From Schizochytrium sp. TIO01 (taxonomy: Eukaryota; Protista; Bigyra: Labyrinthulomycetes): a DNA stretch of 64,000 bases. The notes beneath the pieces were generated by a model that worked only from the letters and a program-made list of their open reading frames with translations, did not search any database and had not been told where the DNA came from. The position numbers and the translations under genes were made by a program. Below, piece after piece: positions 10,156 to 20,175 of this stretch (the first letter of the stretch is position 1; each line of letters opens with the position of its first letter). Location: contig SMSO01000036.1 of assembly GCA_004764695.1 (NCBI GenBank), forward strand, positions 310,001-374,000. Reading direction: 5' to 3'.

Positions 10156-11727
10156 ATGCAATTCGTCGCCGCTCACCAGCGCCGGAAAGAAGGTCTTACA
10201 CGAGATGCTCAGGCTTTGTTCGCTGCATTTGGGCAAGAGGCTGATATGCGTGCTGACATTCTGCTAAGGAGACTCGACTGTGTCGAGACAAGAGTTACTC
10301 TTTTTGAAAAATTAGGTTGCAGTACATTTGCCAAGACAGCCGGACCAGAAACAAATGATGAGGATGACGACGACGAAGAAGGGCGTGGAAAACGCGCATT
10401 CAGAGAGGAAAATGATGGTGCACAGGTTTTACGCTGCCTTGTCGAGGTTCTCGCACCCCGCAACTCGCGCTACGGACCAGGAACGAGATGCAAGGTACTG
10501 CAGGTTCTTTCAAAGCTTGGATCCGCAAGAGAAGCCTCTTGGGAAGAAGGCAATGATGAGGAATTAGACGTGACTAACATGCTGCATTTGAGACCAGTAC
10601 CTCAACTTTCACTTGATTACCTTCCCAACGCGATGGGAAGAATTCTACAAGAAGATGAGCTATGGGGCAATGCAGTCGAGCAGGTAAACCTCTTTATGTC
10701 TCGTCCTCCAGGCTCTGCGCAGTGGAAGCTCGAAGTGTCTGTAGTGAGCGCTGCACTTGATTTTCTTGCTCGCGCTTGCACATATTCGAATTTACTGTCC
10801 TTTGACAACGAACTCAATGGTATCTCCTTGAAACAGCAAGATGATTTGGCTCGTTTATGTGATGAAGTTCTTTCTGTTTTTGCGGGCGATCAGCGAGTCT
10901 GTGCTTGTATGAAAAGTCTTGAGGGTAAACTTAGTTCTGCCATCGCACCATCTTTTTCAGCCATACAGCCAAATACTTTAAGTGAATGTGAAAACATTGT
11001 ATATCGTGCAGTAGAAATTATTTTGCAGTTACGGGACAAAAGTAAACAAGTTCGCGATCTTCAGGTGTGTCAGCTTGCTGTGGCATATGCGTTTTGTAAA
11101 GCACCATCAAAAGGAAAGGTACAGCAGGTGATGCTACGTGCTATCCGTTCTTGTACAAAGGATATGCGCAGTCTTTTTCGTGAATGGCCATGGTTGGGGG
11201 TTGCTTTGCTTGATAACGTGCAGGATGTGCCGTCAGGGCTTTTGGAGTGCCTCCCGGTCGCCTTGGTTATCCCATGTGTTGCGCAAGGATGGATGTACGT
11301 TCTCGACAAGGGCGGAGAGACGCGGATTGCCCCGATACTTACACGTTTCCAGGTTGACACCAAGTCCAGTGGGAGTGAGAAGCTCAACTGGCTTGCCTCT
11401 ATCCAATCTGTAGCTCCCAGATCTAGGCCTGACAGGCCTAACATGCCACGATATCGGCCAGGGACCACCTCAGAGGTTTCGAATGTCACTGGAGAAGCCC
11501 CTCGGCGACCTTCTTTTCGAGGCCGTAGCTTCCTTCAGGCTGAGGCAGCCGGAACTTTGCTAACAGCTCGCTCCTCTGTAATAACCAATCCCGCTGCTAT
11601 GTACATTTGGCAAAAGCCACTGATGAAAGTACTTCAAGCATGGGCGCAGTTTCCTGTTGGACAGGATCGTGCGGCTATGGCTCGTCAGACAGCAGCTGAA
11701 AAGGTTCTTTTAAGTTATTTCGCATAG
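10156..11727 (+). CDS. Hypothetical protein, probably largely alpha-helical
   Basis: 523-aa ATG-initiated ORF with Leu/Ala-rich amphipathic segments; no motif recognised. Confidence 0.75.
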   Translation: MQFVAAHQRRKEGLTRDAQALFAAFGQEADMRADILLRRLDCVETRVTLFEKLGCSTFAKTAGPETNDEDDDDEEGRGKRAFREENDGAQVLRCLVEVLAPRNSRYGPGTRCKVLQVLSKLGSAREASWEEGNDEELDVTNMLHLRPVPQLSLDYLPNAMGRILQEDELWGNAVEQVNLFMSRPPGSAQWKLEVSVVSAALDFLARACTYSNLLSFDNELNGISLKQQDDLARLCDEVLSVFAGDQRVCACMKSLEGKLSSAIAPSFSAIQPNTLSECENIVYRAVEIILQLRDKSKQVRDLQVCQLAVAYAFCKAPSKGKVQQVMLRAIRSCTKDMRSLFREWPWLGVALLDNVQDVPSGLLECLPVALVIPCVAQGWMYVLDKGGETRIAPILTRFQVDTKSSGSEKLNWLASIQSVAPRSRPDRPNMPRYRPGTTSEVSNVTGEAPRRPSFRGRSFLQAEAAGTLLTARSSVITNPAAMYIWQKPLMKVLQAWAQFPVGQDRAAMARQTAAEKVLLSYFA

Positions 11728-12260
11728 GAATTTAGTAGATGAGAGGAATTCGAAACAGCTACTAGTGTAGGGATCCACTTTGCCACAAAGATGCTACCTA
11801 TATTTTTTTTCGTACTTTAAGATAATAATTTAAGCGGAAAGCTATTTGCTTTATGTTCTGACCTATAATTGCATAACCTAGCTCGGAATGTAATCCCACT
11901 CCTGCTTTACAGCCAAAGACAACAGTTGCGACTGAATTTGTGGGACAATTGCAGGCAAATTTACCTGGTTCTTCGCAATCCACATCTGATGTTTGTATCT
12001 AACCTTCTCCCCTGGTGTCAGTGAAGAAGGATACACCTCATACCAACCCCAAATTAGCTTTGGGTCGTTGTTTTACCAAGGGCAAGAAGAAACACGCGAC
12101 ACTGAAGATGAGAATGGATGGGACGCTCTCATAGGGCATAAGGAATCCAACTGCTGTTCATTCGTTGTTTGAATCACATACTTATCAGAACACCAGATAT
12201 AATTCTAAAAATAGAAGCAATAAAAGAAGAAAGGTATAGAATATATATGGTCATCACTTC

Positions 12261-13271
12261 TCATTCTTCAAGACTTTTCTCACGAAGGCGGTTTGCAAGG
12301 CAGCATTGAACAGTGCTTACAGCAGACTCCATCAAACCCACCATCTCAAGGGGCGAGCATTCCTCCGGCACGGTATACAGGTTGGGGGCGAGGACAATGC
12401 CAAGCGCCTTCTCGTTCATGAGATTTTCTTCTTTGAATTTCGCTGTATCCGCAAGTAGCTCAATAAGCCAAAGGAAAATTGATTTGTTGGGCTCCGGGAG
12501 TGCATCGAGGAGTTCACTAACAGCAAGCTCTGTATCTACCTGTCTGGGAGTATTCTCAATAATCTCTTGAGGCAAACAGTTCAAGAGGGGTTTAGGGAGA
12601 GCTCGAAACCACTCTTTAATTAGTGCAGCCATACAGGGTGCATCGTCTTCGCTCTGACAGCCTTCGAATTGACCGGCATCTAGCTGCTGCTTGTACAATT
12701 CCTGTCTACTTTTGTTGGCGGAAACACGAAAGACACCTTCGTGGTGAAGTCCACCATGGTCAATGAGTTGCCGTCGCAGTAGCACAAGGATTGCGGGAAT
12801 TCGGGCCGGGTAGCCCTCAACGTATACGCGTGGGACCTTGCGCAAAGATACACCAAACTGCTTGTGAAATACTGATGCTTGCTGGTTCCATTCTGAAGGA
12901 AGCCCAGTAAAGCGGATGGTGTCTGTGTCAAAGGTGGCATGAAAATTGTGTTTAAAGTCACTCGGCTCAGAGATGTCCTCTCCGAGAAGCATCATGCGTC
13001 CCTCGTCGTCTGCGCAGCGCGTCAACCTCCGCCAGAATGATTTGCCACTTCCATTCTTTTCGTGAGTCGGCATGAGCATATCCGCAGCTTCGTCAGTATC
13101 ACGACGCTTGCGCCTCCAGCGACCCGAACCAAGAGAGGACCTCGTCGCTGACGACCTCAGTGAGCTGTTGCGTAGCACGATGTGGCCTACTGTTGAAGGT
13201 GGTTCTCCAATCTCGTCCTCAAACTCGTGCCGTTCTTCCGAGTATCGGAGTTGCCGGTTCTCCAGAGCCAT
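12261..13271 (-). CDS. Rho GTPase-activating protein with CRIB (PBD) motif
   Basis: CRIB ISEPSDFKHNFH...FTGLPSEW is followed by RhoGAP IPAILVLLRRQLIDHGGLHHEGVFRVSA (arginine finger), MAALIKEWFRALPKPLL and NLMNEKALGIVLAPNL. First ATG at 13271; upstream exons are not excluded. Confidence 0.92.
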   Translation of the reverse strand: MALENRQLRYSEERHEFEDEIGEPPSTVGHIVLRNSSLRSSATRSSLGSGRWRRKRRDTDEAADMLMPTHEKNGSGKSFWRRLTRCADDEGRMMLLGEDISEPSDFKHNFHATFDTDTIRFTGLPSEWNQQASVFHKQFGVSLRKVPRVYVEGYPARIPAILVLLRRQLIDHGGLHHEGVFRVSANKSRQELYKQQLDAGQFEGCQSEDDAPCMAALIKEWFRALPKPLLNCLPQEIIENTPRQVDTELAVSELLDALPEPNKSIFLWLIELLADTAKFKEENLMNEKALGIVLAPNLYTVPEECSPLEMVGLMESAVSTVQCCLANRLREKSLEE

Positions 13272-16200
13272 CTCCTTTCCCGAATTGCAAGCTCTACTTC
13301 TGCGCTCTGTAGATCTGATATGCGTTAATGTTGGTCTGTAGGGCAATGGTGCTACTACTAGCTTGGCACTCTGTAAGTAGCGCAAGGGTTAGTTTCCAAA
13401 CTCTCAGAGTCAATCCCACTTCAAAGAAAACGTACTTCCTATCCTCCTTTCAAACAGAAGAGTCTTTTCACGTTTGCTCAATCGAAGCTGCGGTCTTAGT
13501 TTGCCTCCAAGGTTGGAGACTGAATGTAGCAAGAACCTCGATCGCCAGGCTTATGCCTGTCTGTCTGTATGTATGAGTATATGTGTATGCACGCGCCAAC
13601 AGCAGGCTTTAAGAATTGCACCTCACTAAATCGGGTTGTGTATATCTGACTCTGTAGTCTATATTTAACACTCTACCTAGTTAGGCGATGACTTTCAGAG
13701 AAGGAGACTATAGCACTGCAACTAAGCTAAGGGTTTATTCCTGCGAGCTCACTTCGCAAGTAACAAGCAATGCAAGCAAACACCACTTCTGTGCTTGCGT
13801 CTTGTATTCCTCCAAACCCCAATATTCTTAAATGATCCTGCAATTCACAGATTCAAGAAAGTAGCTAATTTGTTGGGCCAGCTCTGCGACAATACTTCAA
13901 CAAAGAGCCTGCACTTACCTGGCTCAACGTGTGTATTTATGTACGAATGTATAAATGAATACCCCTCCTCAATGTCAGAGAAGAGACACTTGCTGTGAAT
14001 GTTGAGGAATCCAGAAAGGAAAAGGGATTCGTGAATGATTTCTCAAAGCAAACTTTGAAGTCTTCACAAAATCTAAGTTTTTAATAAATGGGGCCTCAAC
14101 CAATGAACGAATCAGAGCTGCCAGGACTTTAAGCCTCAAGAAAGGGGTACGTAGCAGGCAACCGGCCAGAGAGCGAAGTGCGAGCGTACGTGCGAGCGTG
14201 CAGCGAGCTAGTAAATTTTGTCTGTTTCTAAGGAGAAGTACTTAGCGCGTGAAACGAGCGGCGCACGCCCCTTTCTGCCTTTCAATGCGTGTTGACCTTG
14301 CTGCTCTGCAGCTCCAGGCGTAGCAGCGCTTCTGAGCTGCCCACGGACTGTCACCAACGTAGCCACAGTCTGCGCGCAGAAGCAGACGGCGTTGTTTCTC
14401 CACGAAGGCCGCGGTCGCGTTCAAGGATTGATCAACTTCAATTCTTCTGCACGCAAGGACATATACCTATATTTATTTCTACAAATTCTGTTGCGATTTC
14501 TTTCAGTTCTTTCAGTCATTACTATTTTACAGAGATAAAAACTTTTTGTAAACAAAACCTTTTAAACTTCTTTTTCCGCCTCTTTTCACTTTCACAACTT
14601 CGAGTTAATCTCTCCGTGTCTTGTGATTTTTCTGCTCCTTCCACTTTTAGAAGTGTGCACTGAGGAGGTATTATGGAAATAATGTAGTACTTCTCTTTTC
14701 ATTTTCATTATAATAACAATTTTGTAACTTAATCCAATTTTGCGTAATACCCCCTTGCGCAACTCTTTTTTGGTTCCTGGGACCTCGTTTCTCGCGTGCA
14801 CAGCGGTCTTCCTCCTCGCTCCCTCGCTCGCGTGTTCAGGTCGGCAGCAGCGGTGAGGAGATCAGCGATGAAGCCTCGCGCGAGGGGCTGGAGCAGGGAG
14901 GAGGAGAGGAAAAGTGAATTTCGAGGAGCATTTAGCCACGGTATCCCTACTCGCCTCCACGGGTCTAGCTAAGCATGCATGTTCAAGACAGTACGACAAG
15001 CTAGTGCTTAATGCACGTGGTCTGATATAAATGAACCTCTGGCTGCTTCACGTGCCGCTAATTTAATTTTTTTTGTAAAGTTATTATTTATTATATTAAA
15101 TTTATGAATTTATAAAAATGTTTTCAAGTTATAAAACTAAATAACTTCATAATTTAATTTTGCCGCACACCTACTTCTTGCCCAACAACTAACGTGATGA
15201 GCAAAATCATTGTGTATAAAGTAGGATTTCTAGCTGAGTCCCTTGGGTGGTCTTTGTCACCACCCCCCTTAAGCACGTTGCAGCCGCTTTAGTCCCCTTC
15301 AGAGTGTAACCTTCGTCGTATAGGGCGTTATATGTTTCAAGTTTTGGTTTCTTTTTTATTTGTTTAATTAAAAATAAAGACGAATAAAAAGCAAACAATT
15401 TGCGAAAAGTCATTGCAAGCTATTTGAGGAAAGGTTTGCCATTTTATTTCAAGGGAACAGTATTAGGGTAGCTCTACCTAGTGCCAGCTCAGCTGGCCCA
15501 AGTTTGTCAATCGAAGCCCTTTCTATTATTTCTGAGATCATAATTCTACCTGCGTGCATTATCAGCTTGGGAGCCTAGTAGGTGAAATGGTGCGAATGGT
15601 ACGATCTCCTGAATTCTAGCGTTGCCTCACCATCATGATCGCAAAGTGTCCCTAGGTATCTCCAGCCCTTGAAGTTCCCTTCTTGAAGGTTATGATTGTT
15701 GTGCACTCAAAAAAGCTCCAGCTTGATCGAGGCAGTTGCTGCCGTGATGCTCCTTCCTTCAAGCTGGACTTGGTATCGGAGTTCCTGCTGGCCCTAACCT
15801 ACTAGTACCCAGGTACTCACTTGGCTTTTGCCATACCGGGTAGGTTGGCAGAAGATATTTGCAGTGCAGGCACCCTAACGCCGGTTTTAATGTGTGCTGA
15901 TGCTTGCTTGTTTGTCAGTCGCCAAGTCCTGTTGCCAAATTTGGACTCGGAGGACCTCACCTCCAACGAGGTTGCAAGCTGAAGTTGGCGGAGCCTTTCC
16001 TCTGTGCAAGTTCCTCCGAAAGTACACACTCACCACAGCATACTTTTATTTCCTGCTGCCGCTGTGGCGCACTTTTCGTGGTCGTATTATTGGATCGCGA
16101 CAGTCTCTTTGTGAACTTGGAGATCTTCTTCCGCATCCGCTGGTCTGGTGCACGCAAGGAGATTCTAGGAAGGACTCGCAGCTCCAAAGACTTGGGCACA

Positions 16201-18255
16201 CCTAGCTTTGATGTAATTGTAGATAGGTGTGTTTGGATTTGTTACCCGAGGTACATCCCATGATGAAATGTTTAAGCCTTATGTTGTTGTTGTTGTTGTT
16301 GTTCTATGAATAATCATCGTGCGACCTCACTACGCACCTACGTTTATTTTGCCAAGGCAGGCAGAGATCTAAGATCTTCACGTATCGTTAGATTCATCCT
16401 AGCACCTTCTTCCAGGCTTGTGGCCACATGTTCGGTTGTCAAGTCGTTACCCAGTGCTGCTAAACTCCCAGGCATGTTTAGCAAGAATAGCAACTTAGCA
16501 GCAGTTGCAGGAATAGCAACTACAATAAAATTTCAAGGCCCTGCATGCTTAGCCTCCCCTGTAGAATCAATCTGGGATTAAATAAAGAAATAAGCAACCG
16601 CGCTTTTGCAAATCCTGTCGATCCTCTTCAGCATCCATGCGGTTAGCTCACTGCGATCTATTGCCCCTGATGCAGGATTTCCTTGGCTACCTCGGGATTG
16701 CCCTTATGGTGCAGAACAAGGAAACAAGTTGACTCTGCCCACATGCTTGCCACAGACGGACAAGACCCATCTCACCGGAGTGCCTGTATGGCCGCCACGG
16801 CTGTGGCTTTGAATTTCGTTTCTTAGTTGCAACAGGCCTTAAATCTCTATGCAGCTAACTTGGTAGAAGCATCTTTCATGTTGTGGTTTCGCACGCAGCC
16901 ATGGAGGTCATGAAGATCATATGCATGACCACACCCTCAATCAGGGTCTCTTGCTTTATGTCTGAGCCTGAGTTTGACACTCTTGCCGAGTTCCACTCCG
17001 CTGAAGCGCACACCCCTCATGCAACATGAGTTCATATCTGATACAAGCCTCTTCACTCGCTCGCTTTCTTGTTGGCTCGATCGGGCTACAACACACACTA
17101 GCGATGCGGGTCGAGAACCAGCAACACAGCCGTGTCGGGTGGCTCCTTCGTTGTCGTCTAGATATGTATCCCTTAGACGGTTCTCTTGGCTGTTGCTAGA
17201 AAGCCGGGGCTCAGTGACTCCAATTCTCACGGAGAAGCATCGTTTGGCTACCTTACTTTGGTGAAATAGAACCTATGTATATTGAAAAACTCAGGTTTCT
17301 GAACTCTGAAACACCAGGACTGTTATTCAATTCGGATCTAACAGTAGTAAGGACAGAACGGGCTGCAATCGAAGAGTATTGGTTGATGTGCGCCACGAAA
17401 TATATTATGTATTAGAATATGAGTTTCACGATATTCATTCGTTCGATGTCCCGAGATTATCTTTGGGTATCAGCAAAATGAAGAGATTAGTAGGCACCTA
17501 GGTGTTAAGTTTGGTTCTTGCAAACGATAGTGTTACCTTTCATGGAAACCTTCGCGGAAAGTGCAGTCTTTAGAGCAAACAATCGTACCAGATTGTCACT
17601 TCAGAATCGCCATTTCCATATCCTTTGGATAGACTCTTGTTTTAGATACACGCTCCCGTTGTCACTGCCCTAGCTCACTACCTCCTGCTGCTTGATTTTC
17701 AGTACACTGGTCCCACACCCTATGCATTGTACCTGCTGTGGCCGGTGTTCGCAACAACGCCGTTCGTTGCGAAATGTGTTAACGGTCTAAAAGACAATAG
17801 ACTCTTGTCAAAATCTTTTGCCGCCATACGATAGTCTTTCCTGCATCAAAATTTGTAGACCTCTCGCCAGGACCAGCCAGCACCCTAAGGCACTGCACTT
17901 CAGGATGTATAGACCCCCATGCTTCGGAAAGCCTTTCTTCCCGTTTTTCATCAACTCCAGACAATCCGAAGATAGATCCATCCTTTCCATTTCTGAGTCC
18001 AGCGAATAGTACCCCTTACTGTTTCCCCTATGCCTGGGTGCGAATAAGAAATGCTCAACAGCCGCTGCTTTTACGATTTTGAGCTTGCTAAGCAGACTCA
18101 AGTCAGCCAGACCAACTTCGAGGTCGAGGCTGTTACGTCGATTTGGCGTCTACCCAGTCGTATCACGCGCTTGCGTCTGCGTCTTTATCGCTGTGCTCCC
18201 AGCCATTGTCTCTCCTCGCATAGCGTGAGCTGGCAAGTTCTGCTGGAGCGGCGCA

Positions 18256-19344
18256 ATGGCTTCGTTTTTCTCGCGGTCGGGTTTGGAGCTGCTCAAAGAG
18301 CGCACTGTACAGCGCGTGCAAGAACAGTTGGAGAATGTAGGTGTCCACAGCGAGTATATTGAGAAGCGCGCCAAAAGACTCGCGGGCGACCAGGAACTCT
18401 GCGAATTTATGGATCTTGTGGAGCAGCTGCACGAGTCGCTTGAGGGCGTCATCAAGGCTGCTACAGTCTTTCACAAGGGCGTCTGCGTGCTCCAGGAGGG
18501 CGGTCGCAAGTTGCGTGGAGCTCCAGGAGATGGAATCCGCAAATATGCATGCGTTGTGAGAGAGGCGCCCACACTTGAGACTACTTATGATGAGAACAAT
18601 TTGCGAAATGAATTGCAGCGGAATGTGACGCAGCCCATTCGACTCAAGATGCGTGAGCTCGCAGATATTCGCAACAGGATCAAGGAGACTGCGATCGTGC
18701 AACTGGAGGCCACTTCGAGAAAGGAGACAGTCGACCGTCTTCAGGCACGTCAGGCATCTGCAATGCAAATTGGTCAGGCAGAGGACCTCTATGCGGAGAA
18801 GCAGGTTGAATATGAACGAATGCGGGTGCGACTCATGGACGAGTTTGCGCTCCTGCAGCGCGACCATGAACGTATTTTTCAGAAGGCTTTCAATAGCTTT
18901 AAGCTCTGTCAGTACAGATTCCTCATGAACGCTTCGGCTACGCTGGGTACTATTACAGATGAGAACGCAGAGGGACTCGCAGCAAGCGATATCGGTGCCT
19001 CTCTCCAGCCTTCTCCGGCATCCCCAGCCGACTTTGAACGGCCCCCACCCTCGATGATGGACGCCAAGACCGAGCCTGTTGGATTTCGCAAACAAAGCGA
19101 AGGTGATGACATTGATGGCGTTGCGGATAGTTTCGTTTCTCTTGACAATTCATATGAGCTCGACAATAGCCACCCATCCTCAAAGGTGAAGACCAGCATG
19201 TCAGACCAAGACGAGAATGCTTCTAAGGATGCTTCGTCCCCCAAATCTTCTAATTTTAGTTCTGCCTCAGCTACGAAGGATCTCCAGAAAGATGACAAGA
19301 TTGGAGAGGATGATGACGATGAAGAGGAAACGGCAACCTTGTAA
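18256..19344 (+). CDS. BAR-domain-like coiled-coil protein with acidic disordered tail
   Basis: 362 aa. N-terminal amphipathic helix, then a three-helix pattern (NVTQPIRLKMRELADIRNRIKE...AEDLYAEKQVEYERMRVRLMDEF...FNSFKLCQYRF) typical of BAR domains. The domain call is an inference. Confidence 0.7.
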   Translation: MASFFSRSGLELLKERTVQRVQEQLENVGVHSEYIEKRAKRLAGDQELCEFMDLVEQLHESLEGVIKAATVFHKGVCVLQEGGRKLRGAPGDGIRKYACVVREAPTLETTYDENNLRNELQRNVTQPIRLKMRELADIRNRIKETAIVQLEATSRKETVDRLQARQASAMQIGQAEDLYAEKQVEYERMRVRLMDEFALLQRDHERIFQKAFNSFKLCQYRFLMNASATLGTITDENAEGLAASDIGASLQPSPASPADFERPPPSMMDAKTEPVGFRKQSEGDDIDGVADSFVSLDNSYELDNSHPSSKVKTSMSDQDENASKDASSPKSSNFSSASATKDLQKDDKIGEDDDDEEETATL

Positions 19345-20175
19345 AAAATCGCCATTTTTTATTTCCTCCCAAAATAACAATAACAACATATTACTAGCGC
19401 ACTAAACAAATATCATTCAGCAGTAGATAACAATAATCAAACATCTCATAGGCATCCCTCTGCTGTGCATTTCCTGCATATGCTCGTCATCTTCGATGTA
19501 TCTTGCTCACCCAGATCGCTCTCCTCACTTCCATCCAGCTTTTTTCGTAAAGGATTAAACCTGCCCCAAGTGCCAACGTGGCTCCCTTCTGCGATCCACC
19601 AAAATGAATCTCTAACCCATATTCATCTTAATGGCATCAACCCGCCTATGATGCACACAAGACCGAGTTCCCGCGCAGAGCTTTGATCTCACTTGTTTTA
19701 TGGTTCTGCAATGCGCCTCAGCAGACCTGAATGAAGGATTGAAGGAATCCTGAAAATAAATAAAAAGATAGAATAAAGATAGAAATTCGTACAGCATGCA
19801 TTCATATTTGGAAAGAAAGAAACTTTCAGGAGAACAAAAATATAACGCAAACCCATCTACTCCTATCCAAAACACTAAACCCGAGCATAACCTGTTGCTA
19901 CTGTAGGCCTGTAAACAATTTTTATTCTAAATCATTTGTGCGCTGGCAAAACAACTTCTTCTCTTTCTCTTTCTCTGGCGGCGCGGCTGTTCAGAGAAGG
20001 GGGAGAAGGAAAGCGGAGCTCGAAGTCGAGCACTGTGGCGGCCTTGCTGATACAGTAAGGCGATTGATCGAGGCCTGAGGGCTTCTGTTGTGGCTTTTGC
20101 CGCTTTTGCCGCTTTTCTCGTTAACTGTGCAGTGCCCCTTTTTCAAGAGTGTTTCACTCACGCATTCCGCACGCC

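Noticed and set aside
15600-17300. Several short ORFs on both strands that might be a decayed gene
   Set aside because: No recognisable domain and no consistent frame or splice model
17747-17773. Small hairpin ttcgcaac...gttgcgaa
   Set aside because: Short and isolated; expected by chance in 64 kb
18163-19095. 310-aa minus-strand ORF
   Set aside because: Antisense shadow of the BAR-like gene
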